Assembly: GCA_009392915.1 (NCBI GenBank)
Contig: CP045477.1
Coordinates: 64,001-128,000 of the forward strand
Direction of reading: 5' to 3'
DNA: 64,000 bases
Source of the DNA: Candidatus Forterrea multitransposorum CG_2015-17_Forterrea_25_41
GTDB lineage: Archaea > Iainarchaeota > Iainarchaeia > Iainarchaeales > CSSED10-239
Shown: positions 9,851 through 19,702 of the stretch, in pieces
Numbering within the stretch: the stretch's first letter is position 1
How the letters are laid out: each line of letters opens with the position of its first letter
Notes under the pieces: model-generated
What the model was told of the DNA's origin: nothing
Databases searched by the model: none
The model's input: the letters and a program-made list of their open reading frames with translations, nothing else
Position numbers and translations under genes: made by a program

Positions 9851-10162
9851 TTATTTTTTAGGACCTTTCTTAATTTTTGGTTTTCTTTTTTTACAAGCTT
9901 CATTTTGAATAACAATTTCTTTTGTTAATTTATCATTCTTTCTTTGAAGACTTGCAATCTCACATAAAATAATTTCAGCAAATTCTTTATTTCCTTTATT
10001 TGATCTAATCATGTCTTTACAGTATTCTATGTTAATGTTATTAAGTTCAATTTTTTCAGAATTAGAAATTGTACCTACTCTATTTTTTTCTTGCAATTGA
10101 TTTTTTCTTTTTGCAATTGGTGATGATGAATGATTCCATTTTTGATTTAATTCAGTAGTCAT
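9851..10162 (-). CDS. hypothetical basic protein (103 aa)
   Basis: ORF whose start overlaps the upstream gene's stop by 4 nt (ATGA), which suggests an operon with 10159..10551. It has a Lys-rich C-terminus. Confidence 0.45.
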   Translation of the reverse strand: MTTELNQKWNHSSSPIAKRKNQLQEKNRVGTISNSEKIELNNINIEYCKDMIRSNKGNKEFAEIILCEIASLQRKNDKLTKEIVIQNEACKKRKPKIKKGPKK

Positions 10163-10551
10163 TTTTGCATCTCTTCTTTAATGATTTTTTTCACTTGTTC
10201 AATAGTTGTATACTCTAAAGGATTAATATTATCAATTACATATTTCATTTCTTTTAAATCTTCAGCTCTTGCATATCTTTTTGAAAACATCTCAAGATTT
10301 GATTCAATCCCTTTCATTCTGTTTTCAATATCTTTCATTTTTTTAAAAATTTCTTCAATTTTTTCATTAGATGCAAAAGAGCCTTGTGAATCTGAAGTAT
10401 TGGCTGAAGCAATCTTTTTATTTAAAACAAGGATGTTTCTTCCAAGTATCTTTTCATTATGCACAAGATATTTTATCTTTTGTCTTAAAACAAGAAGACT
10501 TGATTGTAAAGCTTTAATATCTTGATACACATTCTGTGATTGATCAACCAT
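10159..10551 (-). CDS. hypothetical coiled-coil protein (130 aa)
   Basis: Heptad-rich sequence predicted to be coiled-coil. No catalytic motif. Confidence 0.5.
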   Translation of the reverse strand: MVDQSQNVYQDIKALQSSLLVLRQKIKYLVHNEKILGRNILVLNKKIASANTSDSQGSFASNEKIEEIFKKMKDIENRMKGIESNLEMFSKRYARAEDLKEMKYVIDNINPLEYTTIEQVKKIIKEEMQK

Positions 10552-10745
10552 AGTTAGTTCTTCTCTTTTGTAAATATTTTATATATTTATATAGTAATAG
10601 ATAATATTTAAAGATGTTTGTTTTATTTTTAAAGATTTCTTTTTTTAAATTAACTTATAATAATTTAGTTCAGTTATTAAATTAAATACCTTTATAAACT
10701 ATTTGTCTCATAAATATATAAAAATAAATGAGGTGTTAAAAGGAT

Positions 10746-11102
10746 ATGAATAAAAAAATATTAAATATTTTTGGAGTACTTTCTGTTTTAGTTTTTTTAA
10801 TGTTTATTTCATTAAACTTAAGTGCAGAGAGATTTGATGTTACTGATATTTCTTACTCTTATGTAAGTTATAATTATCCATATTACCCAAATGGTCAATA
10901 TTATAATAGTTACTATAATTATTATGATTATTATATTCCAACAGGTTATGTAAATTCATATACAGGCTATATTAATTATCCTGCTTACTCAAATTATGTT
11001 CCAACTTACTATAACACTTCATATGTAACTTATCCTTCATACTATAACAACTCAATCAGTTATGGAAGTCCAGAGGCATATGTTTCTTTTAGTTGGCAAT
11101 AA
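10746..11102 (+). CDS. secreted Tyr/Asn-rich low-complexity protein
   Basis: N-terminal signal peptide (ILNIFGVLSVLVFLMFISLNLSA). The mature part is ~35% Tyr with YYNxYY repeats. The gene lies directly upstream of a giant surface protein gene. Confidence 0.6.
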   Translation: MNKKILNIFGVLSVLVFLMFISLNLSAERFDVTDISYSYVSYNYPYYPNGQYYNSYYNYYDYYIPTGYVNSYTGYINYPAYSNYVPTYYNTSYVTYPSYYNNSISYGSPEAYVSFSWQ

Positions 11103-11129
11103 ATAAAAAAGAGGATTTAAAGATTTATT

Positions 11130-14100
11130 ATGAACTATAAATATTTTTTTGTATTTTTATTAGTAGTTTTATTTTCATCAATGGTATTTTCATACACAAT
11201 TGGTTTTGATTATGCTGAAGTTAGAACTACAAGTTATCCTAACTATCTTAATTATCAATATGCTCATTACTATGATAATATTGATCTAAGATATGGTGTT
11301 TATGGAAGTGGAATTTCTTCTCCAGTAACAATAATTGTTTCTCCAAAAGTTTATGGAATAACAACTACTGGTCAAAGAGTCTTTGTTCATAATATACAAA
11401 CTCATTCTTTTTCAATGAATCCTTCTTCTTTTTATACTTATAGTTATAATCCAATGTTTTCTTTTGATCCTGCATATCAAAGTTATGAAGTTGTTTTAGA
11501 TCTTCAAAGTTCAGATGGATCTTTTAATAATTCTGTAAGTAGATATGTTTATTCTCAAGGAACAAATCCAAACCCTGGAGGAGATGATCCTACAGGTGAT
11601 GATCCTAATGTAGTTAGTTGTGATGATTTTTATGTTTCAGGAATGGAAGATATTTATTTAGATGAAGATTCAAGAGAATATTATAATCTTTATTTAGTAA
11701 ATTCTGTTGACTTGCCACTTACAATAACTTCAGTTACAGTTTCTCCAAATAATCCTACTAACTTAGAAATTGAAGATATTACTTATCCTTTTACAGTTTC
11801 TGCTCTTCAAACAAGAAGTGCACAAATTGAACTTTTTACAGATACAGTTTCTTCTGATTATTCAAATAGTTTTCAAATAGAAGTTAAAGGTAAATATGAT
11901 AATTCTTTAACTTGTGAAAAAACATATAATGTTAATTATAGAATACTAGATGCTGAACTTGAAAATAATGGTTCTTGTAGTGATATAAGAATTTTAGATG
12001 ATTATTTTACAATGAGTGATAATTCTTCTAAAACTTTTGAAATTGAAGTTTCAAATGCTTCTCAAGATTATTATTTTGAAGTTGATGATATTGATTTAGA
12101 TACTACAAATGATTCAATAATTGAAGCTAGTGTTAGAAACACAATTGATAAAATATATACAGATTCTTCTAAAATTTTAAAAATAAATGTTTCTTCAGAT
12201 GACACTTCTTTTTATAGAACTGAAAAAATTGATTTAGAACTAACAGGTTATTTAAAAAGAGAAAACAGAGAAGATAAAAAATGTAGAATAAGAGAAGATG
12301 TTTCAATAAGAGTTTCTCCAGATTCTTCAACTGGAAATACTTCAAATGAATGTGATGATATAAAAATATATACAAGAGATGTTTTCCAAGATTCTCAAAT
12401 AACAGAAAACTACTCTCTTCAAGAGGGTTTTTATATTTATAATGGAACTAATAAAAAATTTACTGTATCAGGTATTAACTATAAAGACAATACTATGTAT
12501 GCAGATATCTTTTCAAAATCTTTTGATTATACTCTTTATCCTAGATCCTCTAATGCTTTAAATTTTGATATAAGAACAAGTGAAGTTTCAGAAAATAAAC
12601 TTTCAAATGCAGAAATTTCTATTCAAGGATATTTTGAAGGTGGACTTTCTTGTAGTTATTCAGATATAACTTCAAACTTTAATTTAACTATAAGAGAAGA
12701 AAATGATTTTTGTTCAAATGTAGGTATTTATGATGACAGTTTTGTTGAAGGTGAAAATTATTTTACAGTTTATAATAACACTAATAAAGACTTTACTGTA
12801 AATGATATTATTTCTCAAAATTCAGTTAACTCAAATGTAGGTGTGATTGATTCTTCTTTTAAAGTTTTAAAAGATTCACAAAAAACTTTTAGAGTTGGTT
12901 CTTCAGGAAATGGTAGTTTTGAGCTTTTAGCTAAAGGTGTTTTTTCAGATGGCACTTCTTGTGACTATACTCAAACAAGCAGTGGTTATTTCAATAGTGA
13001 TTCTGGTTATGATTTTTCAGATACTTCTTGTGAATTTGAATTTAATTATCCAAATGTAAAATATATCTCTTTAAACGGAGACTCTCTAAATTTTGATTTT
13101 AGAAACTTAACTGGAAAATCTGGTGAGATTAGACTTTCTGCAGTTGGTGCTGTAATTGAAGATCCAATTATTAAGTTTTCTTCATATTCATCTTTTAATA
13201 AAGAAATAGATCTTTTAAATATTAAAAATCCAAAAATGGTTCTTTATACAATTGAAATTTACGGTTGTTCTAAAAAATCATATTTTACAAATCTTTATCC
13301 TTTAGGAAATTCTATTCAAGGAGATGTTTCATTTTTAACATATCCTAGTAATTTAATTTCAACTAAAGATAAATTTATAAGTTCTTTTTCACTTAAAAAC
13401 TCAAGTAGTTTTTCAGAAGATGTTGAAATTAAATTTTCAGGTTTTACAAGTGCATTTAATTTTGTATCTTCTCCTTATCCATTAAACCCAAATACTTTCT
13501 CATCTTCAGATAATGTTTCAACAGTTACAATAAATCCAAACTCTACAAAAAATATTTATTTTGGAGTTGATGTTTTAGAAAATGCAGAATATAAAAAATA
13601 TAATGGATATATTGAAGTTTATAGTAATAATAAATTATTATTTAAAGAGCCTTTATCAATAGATAGATCAATTACTACTAATAATTTATTAGTAAATACT
13701 ATGGTTGAAAAGACATCTGTTAAAAATACTGTTCTTTTAACATTTACTTTTGAAAACAAATTACCTGACCTTACAAGAGAACTTTATTTATCTTTTGAAG
13801 ACGAGAATAGTTTTGAAGTAGATGGTAATAGAAATATATCTGTTGCACCATTAAGTGTACTTGAAAGAAGCTTTACTGTTAAATATAATGAAGGTTCTTT
13901 ATTTAAGTATAATTTAATAGATACAGATAATTCTTCTCTTGCATATTCTGGAGAAGTAGATTTAAAAGAAATTGATAATTCTTCAAATCTTTTATCTGGA
14001 TTTTTTACTCTTTCAGATACAAAAGGATTTATATTTGCAATTGTTCTTATATTACTTATAGCTTTAATTATTTTCTTAATAGTTTATGGAGATAAATCTA

Positions 14101-14273
14101 GAGCTAAAAGAAAACAAGAAACTAAATCAGTTTTAGAAACACAAGAAAAAATAAAAGAAGAAATTAGAAAAGATAATTTTTCTAATATTACTAAGTCTGA
14201 GATTATAATAGGAAATAAGCCTATTATAAAGCCTGCAGAACCAAGACAGATTACTTTAGGTGAGCTTGATTAA
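11130..14273 (+). CDS. giant surface protein (1047 aa) with signal peptide, C-terminal TM anchor and cytoplasmic tail
   Basis: Signal peptide, then Ser/Thr/Asn-rich beta-type repeats with paired Cys. Near the C-terminus there is a TM segment FIFAIVLILLIALIIFLIVY followed by a basic/charged ~60-aa tail. Confidence 0.8.
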   Translation: MNYKYFFVFLLVVLFSSMVFSYTIGFDYAEVRTTSYPNYLNYQYAHYYDNIDLRYGVYGSGISSPVTIIVSPKVYGITTTGQRVFVHNIQTHSFSMNPSSFYTYSYNPMFSFDPAYQSYEVVLDLQSSDGSFNNSVSRYVYSQGTNPNPGGDDPTGDDPNVVSCDDFYVSGMEDIYLDEDSREYYNLYLVNSVDLPLTITSVTVSPNNPTNLEIEDITYPFTVSALQTRSAQIELFTDTVSSDYSNSFQIEVKGKYDNSLTCEKTYNVNYRILDAELENNGSCSDIRILDDYFTMSDNSSKTFEIEVSNASQDYYFEVDDIDLDTTNDSIIEASVRNTIDKIYTDSSKILKINVSSDDTSFYRTEKIDLELTGYLKRENREDKKCRIREDVSIRVSPDSSTGNTSNECDDIKIYTRDVFQDSQITENYSLQEGFYIYNGTNKKFTVSGINYKDNTMYADIFSKSFDYTLYPRSSNALNFDIRTSEVSENKLSNAEISIQGYFEGGLSCSYSDITSNFNLTIREENDFCSNVGIYDDSFVEGENYFTVYNNTNKDFTVNDIISQNSVNSNVGVIDSSFKVLKDSQKTFRVGSSGNGSFELLAKGVFSDGTSCDYTQTSSGYFNSDSGYDFSDTSCEFEFNYPNVKYISLNGDSLNFDFRNLTGKSGEIRLSAVGAVIEDPIIKFSSYSSFNKEIDLLNIKNPKMVLYTIEIYGCSKKSYFTNLYPLGNSIQGDVSFLTYPSNLISTKDKFISSFSLKNSSSFSEDVEIKFSGFTSAFNFVSSPYPLNPNTFSSSDNVSTVTINPNSTKNIYFGVDVLENAEYKKYNGYIEVYSNNKLLFKEPLSIDRSITTNNLLVNTMVEKTSVKNTVLLTFTFENKLPDLTRELYLSFEDENSFEVDGNRNISVAPLSVLERSFTVKYNEGSLFKYNLIDTDNSSLAYSGEVDLKEIDNSSNLLSGFFTLSDTKGFIFAIVLILLIALIIFLIVYGDKSRAKRKQETKSVLETQEKIKEEIRKDNFSNITKSEIIIGNKPIIKPAEPRQITLGELD

Positions 14274-14349
14274 GTTTTTCTTAGAGGGAAATAACAAACC
14301 ATTTATAAAGTTTTCTGTTCAAAGATTATTATATAATGAAGAATTAATG

Positions 14350-14437
14350 AAGCTTTGTAGACTGTGTGTTAACATAGACAGTTATTAACCATTTTTTTCA
14401 AAAATTTGGTTAACATATAAATGCAAAGCTTTTTTTA
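14350..14437 (+). terminator. imperfect palindrome (AAGCTTTG...GTTAAC...GTTAAC...CAAAGCTT) followed by T7, between the surface-protein gene and the L3 operon
   Basis: The outer 8-bp arms are perfectly complementary and there are two internal GTTAAC palindromes. The 3' arm is followed by TTTTTTT. Confidence 0.35.
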
Positions 14438-14551
14438 AAATAATGATTGTTTTTTAATTTTTTTTAAAAAACATTTGTAAAGTTTAAAAATTGTTTTATA
14501 TAAAAAAAAGTGTAATTTATTTTGTGTAAAAAATATTAATGTGTAACATAT

Positions 14552-15535
14552 ATGCCAAAAAAATATAAACCTAGAGCTGGATCTATGGCTTTTTACCCAA
14601 GAGTAAGAGCAAGATCTATAATCCCTAAATTTAATTCTTATAATGGACTTGAAAAAGATGAGTCTGTGTGTAAACCAATTGCTTATTATGGTCTTAAGGT
14701 TGGAATGATGCAAGCAACTGCAAAGAATGCTCATAAAAACACTTCCTCTTATGGTCATGAAGTTGTTTTGCCAGTTACAGTAATTGAGACTCCTGATTTA
14801 AAAGTTTCAGGTGCAAGGCTTTATAAAAATAAAAAACCTATAACTGGAAAAGAAGCTGTTTCTGAATTTTTAAAATTTGATAATCTTCTTTTAAAAAAAA
14901 TTAAAGGAAAGAAATCAAATGATAAAAAAGAATTAGATGTTTTCTTAAAACAAACTGAGAAAGCAGATGATCTTGTTCTTTTATGTTATATTGATACTAA
15001 ACAAACAACAATTGGTCAAAAAAAACCAGTTCTTGTTGAAATTCCTTTGTCTGGAAAGTTTGAAGACAAAATATCTTATTTTAAAGAAAAATTTACTAAA
15101 ACATTACCTATTTCTGAAGTTTTTGATGTTGATACTGATTTAGATGTTAAATCAATATCTAAAGGTCACGGATTTACTGGTCCTGTAAAAAGATTTGGTA
15201 TTAAAATACAAAGACCTAAAGCACAACAAATCCAAAGACACGTTGGTTCTATTGGTCCATGGCATCCTGCTACAATTATGCACACAGTTCCAAGAGCTGG
15301 TCAACATGGTTTCCATAACAGAGTTGCTTATATGAAAAAACTTTTAATGATTGGTAGTGATTTAGAAAAAGTAAATCCTAAGGCTGGATTTAAAAAATAT
15401 GGTGTTGTTAAAAACAACTATATTTTAGTTTCAGGAAACGTTCCTGGTGTTACAAAAAGAGTTGTAGCTCTTAGAAAATCTACAAGAAAACCAAGATCTA
15501 AATTGACTGTCACAGATGTGAATATAATTAATTAA
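14552..15535 (+). CDS. rpl3: 50S ribosomal protein L3
   Basis: L3 family (MPKKYKPRAGSMAFYPRVRA N-terminus, 327 aa). First gene of the S10-like block. Confidence 0.9.
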   Translation: MPKKYKPRAGSMAFYPRVRARSIIPKFNSYNGLEKDESVCKPIAYYGLKVGMMQATAKNAHKNTSSYGHEVVLPVTVIETPDLKVSGARLYKNKKPITGKEAVSEFLKFDNLLLKKIKGKKSNDKKELDVFLKQTEKADDLVLLCYIDTKQTTIGQKKPVLVEIPLSGKFEDKISYFKEKFTKTLPISEVFDVDTDLDVKSISKGHGFTGPVKRFGIKIQRPKAQQIQRHVGSIGPWHPATIMHTVPRAGQHGFHNRVAYMKKLLMIGSDLEKVNPKAGFKKYGVVKNNYILVSGNVPGVTKRVVALRKSTRKPRSKLTVTDVNIIN

Positions 15536-15540
15536 TAATT

Positions 15541-16365
15541 TTGATTGTTATGAAAACAAACGTTTATAATCTTTTAGGAAAATCTATTAAGGAAATTGAA
15601 GTTCCAGAATACTTTAGACAAAACTACAGACCAGATCTTATTAAAAGAGCTGTTGTAGCTTCTCAAAGTAATTCTTATCAACCAAAGGCACCTTCTCCAT
15701 ATTCAAATAGATTAAATACTGCTGAATATAGAGGTGCAAGAAAGAAAAACACCATGGATAATTCTATTAATACTGGTAAAGCAAGGCTTCCAAGAACAAA
15801 AAATAGAAGAATTTTAATGGCTGGGAGAGTAGCTGGTGTTTCTCATGCTGTTGGTGGACCAAAAGCACATCCTCCAAAAGTTACAAAGATTTTAATTAAA
15901 AAAATTAATACTAAAGAAAGAACAAAAGCTATTTTAAGTGCAATTTCTGCAACTGCAAATTTAGGACTTGTTTCTACAAGAGGACATGTAATTCCTCAAG
16001 AAATTTCTCTTCCTATAGTTTTTGAAAATACTCTTGAAAATTTAACTAAAACAAAAGAAGTTTATGATATTTTAGAATCCTTAGGTCTTTCTGATAATGT
16101 TGAAAAAGCAAAAGATAATAAGTCTTATAGAGCTGGAAAAGGAAAGATGAGAGGAAGAAGATATAAGAGAAGAAAAAGTGTTTTATTTGTTTTAGGTGAC
16201 TCTAAGAATTATAAAGTTTTCCAAAACTTAGAAGGTGTTGATGTAATTGATGCATCTAAACTTTCAATAAAAGAACTTGCTCCAGGAACACATGCTGGTA
16301 GACTTACTATCTTTTCTGAAAGCGCTGTTGAAAAATTACAGGAGAGATTTTCAAAGGTGATGTGA
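15541..16365 (+). CDS. rpl4: 50S ribosomal protein L4
   Basis: Lies in the L3-L4-L23-L2 order. 274 aa with a basic Gly-rich loop (RGRRYKRRK). Confidence 0.9.
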   Translation: MIVMKTNVYNLLGKSIKEIEVPEYFRQNYRPDLIKRAVVASQSNSYQPKAPSPYSNRLNTAEYRGARKKNTMDNSINTGKARLPRTKNRRILMAGRVAGVSHAVGGPKAHPPKVTKILIKKINTKERTKAILSAISATANLGLVSTRGHVIPQEISLPIVFENTLENLTKTKEVYDILESLGLSDNVEKAKDNKSYRAGKGKMRGRRYKRRKSVLFVLGDSKNYKVFQNLEGVDVIDASKLSIKELAPGTHAGRLTIFSESAVEKLQERFSKVM

Positions 16366-16366
16366 T

Positions 16367-16639
16367 ATGGCTAAAACTTTAGAATACTATGATATTGTAG
16401 AATATCCTGTAATTACAGAAAAAGCTGTTGATTTAATCTCAACACAAAATAAATTAACATTTATTGTAAATAAAAAATCAAATAAAGCAGAAATTAAAGC
16501 TGCTGTTGAAAAATTATATAAAGTTAAAGTAAAAACTATAAATACTTTAGTTGATAGAAAAAGTAGAAAAAAAGCATTTGTAACACTTTCAAAAGAGTTT
16601 AATGCTCAAGATGTTGCAAATAAATTAGGAATATTATAA
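16367..16639 (+). CDS. rpl23: 50S ribosomal protein L23
   Basis: Small (90 aa) protein between L4 and L2 with L23-like sequence. Confidence 0.9.
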   Translation: MAKTLEYYDIVEYPVITEKAVDLISTQNKLTFIVNKKSNKAEIKAAVEKLYKVKVKTINTLVDRKSRKKAFVTLSKEFNAQDVANKLGIL

Positions 16640-16651
16640 GGGTTGTAAATT

Positions 16652-17365
16652 ATGGGAAAAAGACTTAGACTTCAAAGAAGAGGAAAAGGAACTCCAAAAT
16701 ATGCTGCAACTAATCATGCAAAAGTTGAAATAAGATATAATTATTTTAATGATACTCAATGTTTGAAAGGACAAGTTGTAAAATTATACTCAGATCCTAT
16801 AAGAACAGCTCCTGTTGCACAGATTTTATTTGAAAATGGTTCTATTGACAATGTTGTTGCTTGTGAAGGTTTAAAAACAGGTGATAGAGTTGTTTTTGGA
16901 AAAGATGCTGAAGTAAAATCAGGAAATGTTTTATTTTTAAATGATATTGAGCCAGGAAAAACTATCTTTAATATTGAAAAAAATTTTGGAGATGGTGGTA
17001 AATTTGTAAGAGCAACTGGACAATCAGCAACTTTAATGAGTAAAAAAGAAGATGTTGCGATTGTTAAGATGCCTTCAGGAAAAATAGTTAATTTCCCATT
17101 AAATGTTAGAGCAACAGTTGGTATTGTTGCAGGTTCTGGTAGACCAAATAAACCTTATGTTAAGGCTGGAAATAAATTCCATGCGATGAAAGCAAAAAGC
17201 AAACCTTATCCAAGATTAAGAGGAGTTGCAATGAATGCTGTTGATCACCCTTTCGGTGGACTTCAACACCACGTAGGACACTCAAAATCTACATCAAGAC
17301 ATGCTCCTTCTGGAAGAAAAGTTGGTGCTATTGGATCTAAGAGAACAGGAAGAAAGAAAAAGTAA
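16652..17365 (+). CDS. rpl2: 50S ribosomal protein L2
   Basis: Highly conserved L2 C-terminal region (NAVDHPFGGLQHHVGHSKSTSRHAPSGRKVG). Confidence 0.95.
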   Translation: MGKRLRLQRRGKGTPKYAATNHAKVEIRYNYFNDTQCLKGQVVKLYSDPIRTAPVAQILFENGSIDNVVACEGLKTGDRVVFGKDAEVKSGNVLFLNDIEPGKTIFNIEKNFGDGGKFVRATGQSATLMSKKEDVAIVKMPSGKIVNFPLNVRATVGIVAGSGRPNKPYVKAGNKFHAMKAKSKPYPRLRGVAMNAVDHPFGGLQHHVGHSKSTSRHAPSGRKVGAIGSKRTGRKKK

Positions 17366-17378
17366 AGGTTGATTTTAA

Positions 17379-17768
17379 ATGGATGAATATTACGGTTTTA
17401 GATATAAAGGGAAGACTTTAGAAGATCTTCAAAAAATGTCTTTAAGAGAGTTTTCAAAAATAATCTCTTCAAGATCAAGAAGAAATCTTTTAAGAAATGA
17501 ATCTGATCCTTTCTATCAAAAGTTTGAAAAAAACATTGATGTAGATGGAACAATAAGAACTCATAGAAGAGATATTATTGTGATTCCTAAAATGGTTGAA
17601 AAAACAATTAATGTTTATAACGGAAAAGAATTTGTTCCTGTTGTAATTACTGAAGAAATGCTTGGACATTATTTAGGTGAATTTGCACTTACAAGAAAAA
17701 GGTTAAGACACGGAAAAGCAGGAATTGGTGCTACAAAATCAAGTACTGCAATTAGCGAAAGAAAGTAA
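17379..17768 (+). CDS. rps19: 30S ribosomal protein S19
   Basis: Lies after L2. S19 core ([30 protein letters not shown]). Confidence 0.9.
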   Translation: MDEYYGFRYKGKTLEDLQKMSLREFSKIISSRSRRNLLRNESDPFYQKFEKNIDVDGTIRTHRRDIIVIPKMVEKTINVYNGKEFVPVVITEEMLGHYLGEFALTRKRLRHGKAGIGATKSSTAISERK

Positions 17769-17783
17769 ATTGGTTGAATATTT

Positions 17784-18254
17784 ATGTCAGATAAAAAATA
17801 TAATTTTCAAAAAAAAGTTAATGAGAAAAAGGTTGCAAAAGCATGTAAACAAAATGCTCCAATCTCAACAAAATATTCTGTTGAATTTTCAAATTACTTT
17901 AAAAATAAGCCTTTAGATAAAGCTATAAAAATCTGTGACGATATTATAAATATGGAAGATCACCTTCCTTTAAAAAAATATAATAAAAAAGTTGCTCATA
18001 GAAAAGGAGATTCAAAAAGAGGTGTTGCTTCAGGAAGATGGCCTATTAAAGCTGCAACAACAGTTAAAGCTCTTTTAGAAGATGTAAAGGCTAATGCTGA
18101 AAATTTAAATTTAGATACTGAAAAATTAAAAATAATACACATGTTTGCTGTTAAAGGAGTTACTAGAAGAAAAACTCAACCTCTTGGTAGAACTGGCGGT
18201 AAACAAAGAGAATCAAAATCTACTAATATTGAAGTAATTGTTCTAGAGGAATAA
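17784..18254 (+). CDS. rpl22: 50S ribosomal protein L22
   Basis: Lies between S19 and S3. 156 aa with L22-like sequence. Confidence 0.9.
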   Translation: MSDKKYNFQKKVNEKKVAKACKQNAPISTKYSVEFSNYFKNKPLDKAIKICDDIINMEDHLPLKKYNKKVAHRKGDSKRGVASGRWPIKAATTVKALLEDVKANAENLNLDTEKLKIIHMFAVKGVTRRKTQPLGRTGGKQRESKSTNIEVIVLEE

Positions 18255-18257
18255 TGT

Positions 18258-19148
18258 ATGAAAGAAAATTATTTTGTTAAAGATAAATTAAAAAAAATTG
18301 CAATTGCAAATTATTTAAAGAAAAAATTAGCTTCTGCAGGTTTTATAGATGTTGAAGTTTTAAAATCTGTGTTTAACACAAGAATTGTTATTTATTCTTT
18401 AAAACCAGGATTTATAATTGGAAAAAAAGGTTCAAATATTAGAGCTTTAACTGAAGATCTTGAAAAAAGATTTGAACTTTCAAAAGTACATATTGAAATT
18501 GGAGAAATTCCAAATAAAGATTTAGATCCAAAAGTTGTAATTGAAAATATTTTTTCAAATATTTCAAGAGGAGTTACTTGGAAAAGTGTTGTTTATAATG
18601 CTTTAAGACAAATTAAAGAAGCAGGTGCTATTGGTGCTGAAATTATTGCAAAAGGTAATACTTCTGGAAAAGGTCAAAGAAAAAGAAAATCTAGATTCTT
18701 CTTTGGTTATATGAAAAAAGCAGGAGATCAAAAAAGTCTTGTTGCAATGGAAAAAAGAACTACATTTCCTGGTCTTGGAACTATTGGAATTACATTAAGA
18801 ATTGTAAGACCTGATATTGTATTCTCAGATAAAATTGATGTTTTAGAGTTTTCAAAGAAATATAAAATGGAAATTCAAGAAGAAGAACTTTTAGAAAGAC
18901 AATCAGAAGTTTCAAAAGATGCTGAAGAAAAAGTTGAAAAGAAAAATGCTGATAAAAAGGTTGTAAAAGAAGATGATAAAACTGAGAAACCTAAAGTAAA
19001 AACTCCAGCAAAGAAAAAAGTTTCAACTAAAAAGAAAGATGATACAAAAGATGAAACAAAATCTGTAAAAGAAGAAAAACCTGTTGATTCTAAAAAAGAA
19101 GAAAAATCTTCAGATAAAGAAGAAACTAAAAAAGAAGAAATAAAATAA
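18258..19148 (+). CDS. rps3: 30S ribosomal protein S3 with Lys/Glu-rich C-terminal extension
   Basis: KH domain (GFIIGKKGSNIRALTEDL). The C-terminal ~90 aa are KKEE/KDET low-complexity sequence. Confidence 0.9.
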   Translation: MKENYFVKDKLKKIAIANYLKKKLASAGFIDVEVLKSVFNTRIVIYSLKPGFIIGKKGSNIRALTEDLEKRFELSKVHIEIGEIPNKDLDPKVVIENIFSNISRGVTWKSVVYNALRQIKEAGAIGAEIIAKGNTSGKGQRKRKSRFFFGYMKKAGDQKSLVAMEKRTTFPGLGTIGITLRIVRPDIVFSDKIDVLEFSKKYKMEIQEEELLERQSEVSKDAEEKVEKKNADKKVVKEDDKTEKPKVKTPAKKKVSTKKKDDTKDETKSVKEEKPVDSKKEEKSSDKEETKKEEIK

Positions 19149-19169
19149 ATTTAAAAATGTGATTTTTGT

Positions 19170-19397
19170 ATGGTTAAAAAGAAACAAGTTACTTTAAGTA
19201 ATATTTCAGAAATTGAGGAAAAGATAAGTAGCTTAAAGCTTGAATTATCTAACTTTAAAGGAATATTAGCTTCAAAAACAAAATCTAATAATACTTCAAA
19301 GAAAAAAGAATTAAAAAAAGAAATTGCAAGATACTTAACCTTAAAAAATCAATTAATAAAAAATGATTTGAAAAAAAAAGTGGAGAGTAAAGTTTAA
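19170..19397 (+). CDS. rpl29: 50S ribosomal protein L29
   Basis: 75-aa coiled protein following S3, with L29-like sequence. Confidence 0.85.
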   Translation: MVKKKQVTLSNISEIEEKISSLKLELSNFKGILASKTKSNNTSKKKELKKEIARYLTLKNQLIKNDLKKKVESKV

Positions 19398-19399
19398 TT

Positions 19400-19702
19400 A
19401 TGAAAGATATTAGTTCTGTAAGTCATCTTTCAAAAGACATTTTTGATTTAAATGAGATTTCAAAAGAATCTCAACAAATAAAAATATTTATTGAAAGAAA
19501 AAAATTCAAAAAATTTGCAACAAAAGTTTCAGGTTTTGAAACTGCTGCAGAAGCAAAAGAAGTTGAAAAATATCTTAAAAGAAAACTTGCTTGTGGTGGA
19601 ACTGTTAAAGATAAAGTCGTAGAAATTCAAGGTAATCAAAAAGATAAAGTAAAACAATTATTGATTGAGAAAGGTTACCAAGGAGAATTAATTGATGGTT
19701 AA
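19400..19702 (+). CDS. sui1: translation initiation factor SUI1 (aIF1)
   Basis: SUI1 fold sequence (KKFATKVSGFETAAEAKEVEKYLKRKLACGGTVKDKVVEIQGNQKDKV). Conserved position after L29. Confidence 0.85.
   Translation: MKDISSVSHLSKDIFDLNEISKESQQIKIFIERKKFKKFATKVSGFETAAEAKEVEKYLKRKLACGGTVKDKVVEIQGNQKDKVKQLLIEKGYQGELIDG

Noticed and set aside
12169-12375. Short antisense and alternative-frame ORFs inside the giant surface protein genes (also 37555-37767, 37895-38095, 39239-39442, 48374-48565, 55328-55528, 53722-53943, 51745-52062)
   Set aside because: Each overlaps a long ORF with clear domain features and has no motif of its own.
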